Below, piece after piece: positions 14,101 through 30,900 of a stretch of 64,000 nt of DNA. Source of the stretch: Eledone cirrhosa. Taxonomy: Eukaryota. Both the position numbers and the translations under genes were made by a program. Positions within the stretch are counted from its first letter, which is position 1; every line of letters begins with the position of its first letter. The notes beneath the pieces are model-generated. The model did no database searches, was not told the origin of the DNA, and was given only the letters and a program-made list of their open reading frames with translations. Location of the stretch: assembly GCA_964016885.1 (NCBI GenBank), contig OZ024743.1, positions 303,304,001 through 303,368,000 of the forward strand, read 5' to 3'.

Positions 14101-17100
14101 TGTGTCATTCTCGATAAAAGCACTGGATATGTAGTCCTGATGATTTCTAACAAGAATGAAACGCGTAGATTACTTCCCTTGCTTTTGTCGAGAATCTAAT
14201 TGTAATACGTGACGTATTCTATTCTATAGCGATTAGGTCTTCAAAATGTTTATTATAAACATACAGAATATTTTCGAATATTCTATGTCTATATTCACAT
14301 ATATATCGCTATCTCAGAGCATTTATTCCAATTTCTAATTTCTGCCGGACCGGCAACCGCTCTTTCAAACCAGTTCCTGTACACAGCTAAGTATTCTATA
14401 AGTCTCTAGCTGTGTCATTCTCGATAAAAGCACTGGATATGTAGTCCTGATGATTTCTAACAAGAATGAAACGCGTAGATTACTTCCCTTGCTTTTGTCG
14501 AGAATCTAATTGTAATACGTGACGTATTCTATTCTATAGCGATTAGGTCTTCAAAATGTTTATTATAAACATACAGAATATTTTCGAATATTCTATGTCT
14601 ATATTCACATATATATCGCTATCTCAGAGCATTTATTCCAATTTCTAATTTCTGCCGGACCGGCAACCGCTCTTTCAAACCAGTTCCTGTACACAGCTAA
14701 GTATTCTATAAGTCTCTAGCTGTGTCATTCTCGATAAAAGCACTGGATATGTAGTCCTGATGATTTCTAACAAGAATGAAACGCGTAGATTACTTCCCTT
14801 GCTTTTGTCGAGAATCTAATTGTAATACGTGACGTATTCTATTCTATAGCGATTAGGTCTTCAAAATGTTTATTATAAACATACAGAATATTTTCGAATA
14901 TTCTATGTCTATATTCACATATATATCGCTATCTCAGAGCATTTATTCCAATTTTTAATTTCTGCCGGACCGGCAACCGCTCTTTCAAACCAGTTCCTGT
15001 ACACAGCTAAGTATTCTATAAGTCTCTAGCTGTGTCATTCTCGATAAAAGCACTGGATATGTAGTCCTGATGATTTCTAACAAGAATGAAACGCGTAGAT
15101 TACTTCCCTTGCTTTTGTCGAGAATCTAATTGTAATACGTGACGTATTCTATTCTATAGCGATTAGGTCTTCAAAATGTTTATTATAAACATACAGAATA
15201 TTTTCGAATATTCTATGTCTATATTCACATATATATCGCTATCTCAGAGCATTTATTCCAATTTTTAATTTCTGCCGGACCGGCAACCGCTCTTTCAAAC
15301 CAGTTCCTGTACACAGCTAAGTATTCTATAAGTCTCTAGCTGTGTCATTCTCGATAAAAGCACTGGATATGTAGTCCTGATGATTTCTAACAAGAATGAA
15401 ACGCGTAGATTACTTCCCTTGCTTTTGTCGAGAATCTAATTGTAATACGTGACGTATTCTATTCTATAGCGATTAGGTCTTCAAAATGTTTATTATAAAC
15501 ATACAGAATATTTTCGAATATTCTATGTCTATATTCACATATATATCGCTATCTCAGAGCATTTATTCCAATTTCTAATTTCTGCCGGACCGGCAACCGC
15601 TCTTTCAAACCAGTTCCTGTACACAGCTAAGTATTCTATAAGTCTCTAGCTGTGTCATTCTCGATAAAAGCACTGGATATGTAGTCCTGATGATTTCTAA
15701 CAAGAATGAAACGCGTAGATTACTTCCCTTGCTTTTGTCGAGAATCTAATTGTAATACGTGACGTATTCTATTCTATAGCGATTAGGTCTTCAAAATGTT
15801 TATTATAAACATACAGAATATTTTCGAATATTCTATGTCTATATTCACATATATATCGCTATCTCAGAGCATTTATTCCAATTTCTAATTTCTGCCGGAC
15901 CGGCAACCGCTCTTTCAAACCAGTTCCTGTACACAGCTAAGTATTCTATAAGTCTCTAGCTGTGTCATTCTCGATAAAAGCACTGGATATGTAGTCCTGA
16001 TGATTTCTAACAAGAATGAAACGCGTAGATTACTTCCCTTGCTTTTGTCGAGAATCTAATTGTAATACGTGACGTATTCTATTCTATAGCGATTAGGTCT
16101 TCAAAATGTTTATTATAAACATACAGAATATTTTCGAATATTCTATGTCTATATTCACATATATATCGCTATCTCAGAGCATTTATTCCAATTTCTAATT
16201 TCTGCCGGACCGGCAACCGCTCTTTCAAACCAGTTCCTGTACACAGCTAAGTATTCTATAAGTCTCTAGCTGTGTCATTCTCGATAAAAGCACTGGATAT
16301 GTAGTCCTGATGATTTCTAACAAGAATGAAACGCGTAGATTACTTCCCTTGCTTTTGTCGAGAATCTAATTGTAATACGTGACGTATTCTATTCTATAGC
16401 GATTAGGTCTTCAAAATGTTTATTATAAACATACAGAATATTTTCGAATATTCTATGTCTATATTCACATATATATCGCTATCTCAGAGCATTTATTCCA
16501 ATTTCTAATTTCTGCCGGACCGGCAACCGCTCTTTCAAACCAGTTCCTGTACACAGCTAAGTATTCTATAAGTCTCTAGCTGTGTCATTCTCGATAAAAG
16601 CACTGGATATGTAGTCCTGATGATTTCTAACAAGAATGAAACGCGTAGATTACTTCCCTTGCTTTTGTCGAGAATCTAATTGTAATACGTGACGTATTCT
16701 ATTCTATAGCGATTAGGTCTTCAAAATGTTTATTATAAACATACAGAATATTTTCGAATATTCTATGTCTATATTCACATATATATCGCTATCTCAGAGC
16801 ATTTATTCCAATTTCTAATTTCTGCCGGACCGGCAACCGCTCTTTCAAACCAGTTCCTGTACACAGCTAAGTATTCTATAAGTCTCTAGCTGTGTCATTC
16901 TCGATAAAAGCACTGGATATGTAGTCCTGATGATTTCTAACAAGAATGAAACGCGTAGATTACTTCCCTTGCTTTTGTCGAGAATCTAATTGTAATACGT
17001 GACGTATTCTATTCTATAGCGATTAGGTCTTCAAAATGTTTATTATAAACATACAGAATATTTTCGAATATTCTATGTCTATATTCACATATATATCGCT

Positions 17101-20100
17101 ATCTCAGAGCATTTATTCCAATTTCTAATTTCTGCCGGACCGGCAACCGCTCTTTCAAACCAGTTCCTGTACACAGCTAAGTATTCTATAAGTCTCTAGC
17201 TGTGTCATTCTCGATAAAAGCACTGGATATGTAGTCCTGATGATTTCTAACAAGAATGAAACGCGTAGATTACTTCCCTTGCTTTTGTCGAGAATCTAAT
17301 TGTAATACGTGACGTATTCTATTCTATAGCGATTAGGTCTTCAAAATGTTTATTATAAACATACAGAATATTTTCGAATATTCTATGTCTATATTCACAT
17401 ATATATCGCTATCTCAGAGCATTTATTCCAATTTCTAATTTCTGCCGGACCGGCAACCGCTCTTTCAAACCAGTTCCTGTACACAGCTAAGTATTCTATA
17501 AGTCTCTAGCTGTGTCATTCTCGATAAAAGCACTGGATATGTAGTCCTGATGATTTCTAACAAGAATGAAACGCGTAGATTACTTCCCTTGCTTTTGTCG
17601 AGAATCTAATTGTAATACGTGACGTATTCTATTCTATAGCGATTAGGTCTTCAAAATGTTTATTATAAACATACAGAATATTTTCGAATATTCTATGTCT
17701 ATATTCACATATATATCGCTATCTCAGAGCATTTATTCCAATGTCTAATTTCTGCCGGACCGGCAACCGCTCTTTCAAACCAGTTCCTGTACACAGCTAA
17801 GTATTCTATAAGTCTCTAGCTGTGTCATTCTCGATAAAAGCACTGGATATGTAGTCCTGATGATTTCTAACAAGAATGAAACGCGTAGATTACTTCCCTT
17901 GCTTTTGTCGAGAATCTAATTGTAATACGTGACGTATTCTATTCTATAGCGATTAGGTCTTCAAAATGTTTATTATAAACATACAGAATATTTTCGAATA
18001 TTCTATGTCTATATTCACATATATATCGCTATCTCAGAGCATTTATTCCAATTTCTAATTTCTGCCGGACCGGCAACCGCTCTTTCAAACCAGTTCCTGT
18101 ACACAGCTAAGTATTCTATAAGTCTCTAGCTGTGTCATTCTCGATAAAAGCACTGGATATGTAGTCCTGATGATTTCTAACAAGAATGAAACGCGTAGAT
18201 TACTTCCCTTGCTTTTGTCGAGAATCTAATTGTAATACGTGACGTATTCTATTCTATAGCGATTAGGTCTTCAAAATGTTTATTATAAACATACAGAATA
18301 TTTTCGAATATTCTATGTCTATATTCACATATATATCGCTATCTCAGAGCATTTATTCCAATTTTTAATTTCTGCCGGACCGGCAACCGCTCTTTCAAAC
18401 CAGTTCCTGTACACAGCTAAGTATTCTATAAGTCTCTAGCTGTGTCATTCTCGATAAAAGCACTGGATATGTAGTCCTGATGATTTCTAACAAGAATGAA
18501 ACGCGTAGATTACTTCCCTTGCTTTTGTCGAGAATCTAATTGTAATACGTGACGTATTCTATTCTATAGCGATTAGGTCTTCAAAATGTTTATTATAAAC
18601 ATACAGAATATTTTCGAATATTCTATGTCTATATTCACATATATATCGCTATCTCAGAGCATTTATTCCAATTTTTAATTTCTGCCGGACCGGCAACCGC
18701 TCTTTCAAACCAGTTCCTGTACACAGCTAAGTATTCTATAAGTCTCTAGCTGTGTCATTCTCGATAAAAGCACTGGATATGTAGTCCTGATGATTTCTAA
18801 CAAGAATGAAACGCGTAGATTACTTCCCTTGCTTTTGTCGAGAATCTAATTGTAATACGTGACGTATTCTATTCTATAGCGATTAGGTCTTCAAAATGTT
18901 TATTATAAACATACAGAATATTTTCGAATATTCTATGTCTATATTCACATATATATCGCTATCTCAGAGCATTTATTCCAATTTCTAATTTCTGCCGGAC
19001 CGGCAACCGCTCTTTCAAACCAGTTCCTGTACACAGCTAAGTATTCTATAAGTCTCTAGCTGTGTCATTCTCGATAAAAGCACTGGATATGTAGTCCTGA
19101 TGATTTCTAACAAGAATGAAACGCGTAGATTACTTCCCTTGCTTTTGTCGAGAATCTAATTGTAATACGTGACGTATTCTATTCTATAGCGATTAGGTCT
19201 TCAAAATGTTTATTATAAACATACAGAATATTTTCGAATATTCTATGTCTATATTCACATATATATCGCTATCTCAGAGCATTTATTCCAATTTCTAATT
19301 TCTGCCGGACCGGCAACCGCTCTTTCAAACCAGTTCCTGTACACAGCTAAGTATTCTATAAGTCTCTAGCTGTGTCATTCTCGATAAAAGCACTGGATAT
19401 GTAGTCCTGATGATTTCTAACAAGAATGAAACGCGTAGATTACTTCCCTTGCTTTTGTCGAGAATCTAATTGTAATACGTGACGTATTCTATTCTATAGC
19501 GATTAGGTCTTCAAAATGTTTATTATAAACATACAGAATATTTTCGAATATTCTATGTCTATATTCACATATATATCGCTATCTCAGAGCATTTATTCCA
19601 ATGTCTAATTTCTGCCGGACCGGCAACCGCTCTTTCAAACCAGTTCCTGTACACAGCTAAGTATTCTATAAGTCTCTAGCTGTGTCATTCTCGATAAAAG
19701 CACTGGATATGTAGTCCTGATGATTTCTAACAAGAATGAAACGCGTAGATTACTTCCCTTGCTTTTGTCGAGAATCTAATTGTAATACGTGACGTATTCT
19801 ATTCTATAGCGATTAGGTCTTCAAAATGTTTATTATAAACATACAGAATATTTTCGAATATTCTATGTCTATATTCACATATATATCGCTATCTCAGAGC
19901 ATTTATTCCAATTTCTAATTTCTGCCGGACCGGCAACCGCTCTTTCAAACCAGTTCCTGTACACAGCTAAGTATTCTATAAGTCTCTAGCTGTGTCATTC
20001 TCGATAAAAGCACTGGATATGTAGTCCTGATGATTTCTAACAAGAATGAAACGCGTAGATTACTTCCCTTGCTTTTGTCGAGAATCTAATTGTAATACGT

Positions 20101-20497
20101 GACGTATTCTATTCTATAGCGATTAGGTCTTCAAAATGTTTATTATAAACATTCAGAATATTTTCGAATATTCTATGTCTATATTCACATATATATCGCT
20201 ATCTCAGAGCATTTATTCCAATTTCTAATTTCTGCCGGACCGGCAACCGCTCTTTCAAACCAGTTCCTGTACACAGCTAAGTATTCTATAAGTCTCTAGC
20301 TGTGTCATTCTCGATAAAAGCACTGGATATGTAGTCCTGATGATTTCTAACAAGAATGAAACGCGTAGATTACTTCCCTTGCTTTTGTCGAGAATCTAAT
20401 TGTAATACGTGACGTATTCTATTCTATAGCGATTAGGTCTTCAAAATGTTTATTATAAACATACAGAATATTTTCGAATATTCTATGTCTATATTCA
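11186..20497 (+). repeat. Right arm of 310-bp HHR-containing tandem array (~30 units), inverted relative to the left arm
   Basis: Reverse complement of the left-arm unit; HHR at 11341+310n up to 20331; ends in (TA)n at ~20497. Confidence 0.95.
11341..11383 (+). ncRNA. Type I hammerhead ribozyme (representative of 42 copies), predicted cleavage GUA| after 11377
   Basis: GUAGUC-CUGAUGA-U UUCU AACA AGAA U-GAAA-CGCG-UA-GAUUAC. Stem I is extended by AUUCUCGAUAAAAGCA/UGCUUUUGUCGAGAAU. The palindromic short helix III is typical of PLE-associated minimal HHRs. Confidence 0.9.
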
Positions 20498-20728
20498 TAT
20501 ATATATATATATATATATATATTGTGTGTGTGTGTATGTGTGTGTGTAGGAAAGTGATTCCTTTAGTAGGAATATTTTTGAATGAACATATTTTCCTTAC
20601 TTATTCGTGTTTGCTGTTGTATTGTCAGTGCAAACGTATGTTAAGCTTTATTGCTTCGGGTTTTTATTTTCTAAAGTAGAAGGTGTTATGTGTGTGTATG
20701 TCATATTATGGTGTTGACATAATGTATA

Positions 20729-23700
20729 TTAAACCATAATTAATGTTGGTCTATATTTTTGAATAAACATATTTTCCTTATTTATTCGCATTTGTTCTGT
20801 TGTATTGTTAGCGCAAAGGTAAAATGGGAAGACTTGGAATTTGGGTGTCTTATTACTTGCGCAAATGTCTAGATGTGCACTTAGTGGTATCTGTCTCGTG
20901 GTTGGATCTCGTAATTGTTGGCGATGAACTGACATTCTGTTTCTGAGTGTGAGTTTAGTTTGTCCTATATAATCTTCATTGCATCCTTTACATTTAATGG
21001 CATAAAGTAGATTTTTTGATGAGCAAGTGAAGTGATTTTTTACAGTAAAATGTTGTCCTGGTTTAAATGTATACGTGTTGCCTTCAATGAGGTGAGTGCA
21101 GGTTCCACAATTAGAGCGACCGCATTTTTTGATACTTGGTTGTAGGTTTGTGGTAGGTAATTTGGCATTAGTGAGTATTCTTTTCAGTGATTTTGGTTGT
21201 CTTTTGCTTTTGATTATTTTGTGTGTTTCAAGGGCTTTTTTCATTCTTGGGTTTTGTTTTAGTAGTGGGATGTTATTGTGAATAGTGTTGTAAGCTTCCG
21301 CGTTTCTTGGGTTGTGTGTTGAGATATATGATAGAATATTGGACGTACCTTGAATTTGTTTCTGTTTCCGTAATTTGTTTCTGTTTCCGCCTATTGCTTT
21401 AGCCTTTTCTATTCCATTATTTATTAGTAATAGTGGGTACTCTCTCTCGAGTAGAATTTCCTTTAATTCTTGAAGTCTTTTATTTCGCGTTTCATAATTG
21501 GAGACAATTGTGCAAATTCTTCTTGCTAGGTTAAAAGGAATGTTCGTCTTCGTGTGCTTTGGATGGTTGGAGGTGAATAGGAGATATTGTTTGGAATGTG
21601 TTGGTTTGTAGTGTATATCAGTTTCGATATTTGTGTCTTTTTTTAAGATTAAGATGTCCAGAAATGGGAGTTGATCTTGGCTGTATTCCATTGTAAATTG
21701 GACGTGGTTATTGATGCCGTTTATCAAGTTTTTGAAATCCTTCAGTTGGTCGAGTGTGTGGGACCAAAGAATGGGGCAATTATCCAAGTAGCGTTTCCAA
21801 TTCTCTGATAAATATTTGTGGAAGTTCAATCCGTATTTTGATTTGGACTGTTCATATATCTGGACTTCTAAGTATGCCATGACTAAGTTGTCATAAGTTG
21901 GAGCGGCTTTTGTACCCATCGCAGTCCCCGATATTTGCTTGTAAGTATTGCCATCGAAATCAAAAAAGTTGTTCTGTAGGATGAATTTTAATCCCTCGGT
22001 GATGAAGCTTTTTTCTATTCTGTCAGGTATGTCATTGGGATATTTCTCTAGCCAGAATCCTATTGTTTCTAGTCCGTATTGGTGTGGGATCGTTGTGTAG
22101 AGTTTTACTACATCGAAAGACACAATAATAGTGTCGTTGTTGACATGTTTGGGGTGGTGGTTTAAGAGGTACAGATCGTCTCTTACACGGCTTGGTATGT
22201 GTTTCAGTATTGGTTTCAGTAGTATGTCTATAAAGTTGCTCAATCTGTGTGTTTCACATTGTGGGCCCGCTACAATTGGTCTTAATTTAAGGTCTGTGGG
22301 GTATTGTCTGTTCACGCAGGCTGAGGTGAATTGTTTACAGGCATCGTTGATTATTTTACACTTGTGGATCTTCGGAAGTCCGTAAACGTTGCTGGTTTCG
22401 TATTCAAAATTTGTTAAATAATCGCGTTCCTTTTTAGTTAGGTCTTCCTGGTATCGGGAAATCACTGTGTTTAATTTGGTCATTATTTTTGATTGCTGGT
22501 AGTTTTTTACTCTTTCATAGTAATTAGTATTTTGTAAGAGAGAGAACATAGAATTTTTATATTTTTCAGCCTCCATAATGACAACAGTGCTTCCCTTGTC
22601 CGCTTCCTTAATTATAATGTCCGTATTGTTTTTTAGTTCATGGATAATCTCCCATTCCCTTCGACTCGTGTTGGGTTTGGGTTTAGGTTGCGGTAGTTCA
22701 TGGTATGGGAAGGTAGCTATGTGGTCACAAAATTTGTCCAGAACTCTGTTTCTACCTTTTGTTGGGTTGTAGCTGCTTTTATTCCGTACCATTGATTCGT
22801 CGTTATTCTCCTTGTTAAAGAATTCCTCTGTGAGACGTAATTTTTACAGAAGTGTGAGATATCGTCATTTATCTCGTTGGGGTTAGGGTATTGTGGTGTT
22901 GGTGTGAATTTCAGACCTTTGGAGATAATTTTTACTTGTTGGGCTGAGAGGTTTGTATTTGAAATGTTAATTATTTTCGGTTTTTCAAAATCGGTTTGTG
23001 CCACCGGTGTCGTGAGTCCTGTAGCCTTGGTCGAAAAAATGATTTTTCTGGAATGTTTTTTCAATGGTATTATTATATCTAATGGCATTTCCCATGTTGT
23101 TGTGTGGTCTTGTATAGAAGTTTCGGACGTATTGAGGTTCGGTTTGTTGATAGTCCGCGTTGTAGATGTTGTTCCTTTGTGTGGATTGGGATGTACGGTT
23201 TTGGAACAGACTCTGTGTGGGCAGGGGTCTACGGTTTTGGAATAGGTTTTGTGTGGGTTGTGATCTGCGGATCAGGTCCTGCCTTGTGTTCGGAGATCTT
23301 TGGTTTTTGTTAGTAGGGTTATAGTTTTGTCTATGGTTTCTGGGATTATCGTTATAGTTTTGCTGGGGGTATGTTGGACGTTTTGTTACTTTTTTTGTTA
23401 TTTGTTGTGCATTTGGTGTGTGAGTTTTAGTTTGTTTTAAAAATGGGTTACCTGTATGTTGTTCATTTTTGAAGTCCATTTCGTAGTTGTTGAACCATGT
23501 GGCGTTTTTTCCCATCGCTGGAGGGATGTTAGTTCTTCATCCTCACAGATTTCTTTCCAAAGTTTTAGGGTTTTTTTGTAGAGTAGGCCTGCAGAGTGCT
23601 TTGAGATTTCTGTGTCCATCTGTTGGTCGAGTGACTTGAATTTTTCTTCGTTGGAGTTGGCTCTTAATCGCAACATTTCTATTTCTGTTTTAAATTTTTC

Positions 23701-24171
23701 CAATGCCATATTTTCCCTAAGTCTTGGTTGGTTTCTGGTTCATTAGGGATGGGTTTTATTTGGAGTTTTTTGGGGAGGATGATTGGGGTAGAGTTTAGCC
23801 ACGTTTCATATATGTCTGCCTTGCCATTATTTTTTAGGAGATTCCAAAGGGCGAACTTGCGGGCTGTGAGCTTTTGAGTCCATATGTTGATTAGGGTGTT
23901 TTTCACTGAGTGGATATCTCGTAGATTGGGTTCTAACGGTTGTTCCAGCTTTTGGAGCATTGCTGTTTCAATGGTTTCGATTAGCTTAGTTAATACTGGA
24001 GTAATATTCGTCTCTTGTGTATTTTCTGTTTCTTCGTGGGGTCCTTTTTTTATAGATGTGTATTTGGTCCACTTTGTTGGTCAAAATTGAGAGTTTAGAG
24101 GAAATCTCTTTGAGTTCATTTAAGATGTCCTGGTTCAGTGAGTTGTTGTTTTGTTGAGACTTTGGTGGCAT
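20729..24171 (-). pseudogene. PLE polyprotein: reverse transcriptase + Cys linker + GIY-YIG endonuclease, frameshifted N-terminus
   Basis: 687-aa ORF 20729-22792 has IIIKEADKGSTVVIM, YGLPKIHK, LRPIVAG, SFDVVKLYTTIP, QISGTAMGT, WKRYLDN (expected YLDD), LPFLDI, KCGRSNCGTC and LLYAIKCKGCNEDYIGQT. Upstream pieces (IINISN..KGLKFTPTP) are in shifted frames up to the ATG at 24171. Confidence 0.92.
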
Positions 24172-24305
24172 TTTCGGTCTTCGTGTGGTGGGTATATATT
24201 AGAAAGTGAGGTTTGTTTTACAAAATGAAAAATAGCAGAGGTGTCTTACACGAGTGAAAGTATAAAGAAAAAGAGATGAAATCGAAAATGCAACTGGAGT
24301 CTTAT

Positions 24306-26415
<2,110 letters not shown>

Positions 26416-26446
26416 ACACGGGTGTGTATGATTGTGTATAGAAGAT

Positions 26447-26714
26447 TATATTACTAAGAGGAATTCCAACTTTGTCTGATTTACTCGTTTTATTGACAAT
26501 CCTTTAAGTTTGCAATTTTCAACTGTTGAACATTGCAAACTTGGCTGTCACCACACATTAGGAACCTGAAGATTGCGAAAGCATGAAAGTACTTGTTCAA
26601 ATAACACTTAACATTTAATATTATATCATTCTATTTCATTATAATACCATTATACATTTTAAAGGATTGTAAATAAAACGAGTAAATCAGACCAAGTTGG
26701 AATTCCTCTTATTA

Positions 26715-26720
<6 letters not shown>
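26447..26720 (+). mobile_element. Miniature fold-back insertion carrying an HHR
   Basis: ~60-bp inverted arms (26447-26508 vs 26659-26718) around an HHR; ends in (TA)n. Confidence 0.7.
26562..26598 (+). ncRNA. Minimal type I hammerhead ribozyme
   Basis: GAAC-CUGAAGA-U UGC GAAA GCA U-GAAA-GUAC-UU|-GUUC. Confidence 0.75.
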
Positions 26721-27980
<1,260 letters not shown>

Positions 27981-27984
27981 TATG

Positions 27985-30900
27985 TTTCTTTATTAGACAC
28001 AGGGGCACAAGAGAAGGGGACAAATACGAAGGGGGAAGTTTACATACAATAAAAACGTGTAAAATGTTATCACAAATGAAATTAAAAAAATTAGTCGATT
28101 TTCTCCAATAGGGGGACACAGTTCATATGGGTAACACATACTCCCTAAAAAATGTGCAACTCATCTCCAGGAGTACGAAGAGTTTGTAATCCTTGCCTCC
28201 CCTCCTCCTTTTCCTCAACCTACAGGCTGATATAGAGAGAAGGCCCATTCACTCGGGCCATTCTCGCAAATTTCACCCACCTTTCAAAAAACTTGCTGGG
28301 GTACAGCACCTCTCTCTCCACCCTGATTCTTCTTCCAAAGTGGTATTTGAAAAAAAGAATCAGTTGTTGGCCGGAGAGAAAGGTGTCTCACCTCAGCCCT
28401 TTCAAACTTGTCCACCATACAACCTCTTTCGCCATAGCTATCACACAAAGGAAAACCCCCTCTCCTTCGTGTTTGAAGGAGTGTGGCGGTTTGACCATGA
28501 CAATGGACTCGGTGTCCAACCGGATTGGTCCCACCCGCGACAATAGTCGTTCTAAATAGCCCCACAGATCAGTGACGCCCGGGCAGTGTATGAATGCGTG
28601 CGCGACCGTTTCTTCGTCTCGCACGCATCTCGGACAGATCATTTTCGAAGGGTCTCTACACGGGAGCCTGTGTCTGTAGAGCTTGACTCGAACTGGTAGA
28701 GCTCCTCGGTAGCACTGCCAGGTCAGGGAATTTTGGAAGTTGTCCATCGGTCCCGGGCGAATGGTCCTACCGAATAGATTGGCCAGTTCATCTTCCTCTA
28801 CGCCCAAAGTTTCACCGAGCGCGTGGTCGCACTTGCTGCGGATCAACCCTCTATAGAATGACGAAGTGGAGTCTCCACTGATCGCCGGGTCCGCCTGCCA
28901 GAGGGCTGTGAGCGCCTGAGCAAATTCGATGTGCCAGTCGCCCATTTCCCTGGGTCTTTGCTTGACCCAGGACTGCAGCTCGGTCAGCGAGACGAGTCGT
29001 GGGAAGACTCGTCTCACGAACGGGGCCCACACCGGTTTTCTGGTGAGGAATACGTGTAGGTGCCGCAGCCTGAGCGCGTGTTTGCACATCGTCAACCACG
29101 GCATCCCCAGCCCTCCGTTAGAAGGGTGTTGGCAGCAGATGGATCTTCTCACCAAAGGAGCCCGCCTCTTCCAAAGGAATTGGAAGAGTGCGCGCTCCAA
29201 TTTGGCGCACGTTTTGGCTGGACAAGGTACGACGGTCAAGCGGTAGTAGATGGCGGAAACTATACAAGTGTTCGCCACCTCCGCTCGACTTTTCAAGGAT
29301 AGTTTGCACTCGGCCCACTTCTGGGTGAGTGCAAACACCTTGGCCGTCACTTCGTTCCAGTTCTTCTCCACCCGGAGGTCTGGACCAAACCAGACTCCGA
29401 GCAGCTTTAGCGGTCTTTCCGCAGAGCGTCCAACGACGACTTCGGAAGGCAACTGTTTGGCTCTCCACGATCCGCGTTGCAAACCGATGGACTTGTCCCG
29501 GTTCAGCTTCGCTCCTGTGAACCTTTCGTATTCCTTTAGTAAGGTGCCGACTTCCTCAATTTTCGAGGCGCTCGATACCATTACTATCACGTACATACAG
29601 AAGGGAGGAGAGAGGGCATCTCTGTCGAATGGATCGCGTAATATGGAACGGCTCCGAGAGGTAGCAGTTCACCTTGACCCTTGAGCAGATGTTGCTGTTG
29701 TGAATTGCAGCAATCCAGCCCTGAACACCGGTCCGAAGCCTGCCGCCTTGAGCACCGCATCCAGATAGCGATGGTCAACCCTATCGAAAGCCTTAGACTG
29801 ATCCAAGTTGATCAGGGCCCCATCGAAGGCGGGTTTACACCCTACCCTCTCTATGATGTGTCGCATGAGGTGGAGGTTGTCGTGTATGAACCTGGTCGGG
29901 ATTGCGCATGTCTGCGCTTCTCCCACCAGGTTTTCGACGAAAAGCGCCAGCCTCTTTGCCAACACATTGTCCAAAAGCTTTAACTCTGTGTTTAGCAGAG
30001 TTATGGGCCGGAAGTTGCCTGTGTCATCCCCCTTATTCTCGTCCTTCCTGACTAGTGTGATTACGCCCCCGGTTACAGAAGTGGGAATTCTCCCGTTATG
30101 TTGCCAGTTGCAGTAGACCGCTTCCAGGAGACCGGAGAATAAGTCCGGCATTGCTACGTAAAATTCTTATAGTAAACCGTCGAGACCTGGAGATTTGCGT
30201 TTGATGCATTGGCTCAGCGCGTCCCCTATTTCAGTGGCTGAAATCGGATTTTTGCAGAACTTTGCCTCGCTGTCCGAGAGCCGCGATAGGCCGTCGAGGT
30301 ATGGACCGAAATCCATAGCCCCTCCCGGTGCGACGCCCCTCCCGAACAGTTGAGCAAAGTGCCGCTGAAAGGCCGCACACATCTGCTTCGGCTCACGTAT
30401 CACGCGTCCGTTTTGGTCCTTCAAAGACCGAATGGTGGACTTGTTGCCACTTTTTGCCTAAGTCACTCGGGCCCAGCTAACAGCTTTGGCTCCCTCCTTT
30501 CCCAGAGCACGTATTTTGCTTCTAACAACGCAGCCATCGCGCTTTGCGTCGAAGACCTGGTCCAAGGCCGTTCTCGTTGCTAGCACGCTGGCTACGTTGC
30601 CACTTCTAATTGCCTCTTCTACTTTATCTAACAGTTCCTTCTCGGTTCTATTTTTATCTAACGCTAATACTTTACTAAAAACTAACGAGTCTAATTTAAC
30701 TGCCCTCTTGAGAGAGTACCACCATCTGTTGTTGACAATGGTCCCTGTCAAGTGCTGTTTAACTAAAGTGCTAATCCGTCTACTGTAGGCTTTCCTTGAC
30801 GTTAACGACAAGTTCAGCTTCCAGTAGTAGGGTCCTTGTCTTGGGTTCTATCAAGGGTGTCCATGTGATCTGAATAGGTAACCATGAACATTTGTGGACA

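Noticed and set aside
7299-20497. CRISPR-like array or rDNA/snRNA cluster
   Set aside because: Units are identical end to end with no unique spacers, and there is no recognisable rRNA, 5S or snRNA sequence.
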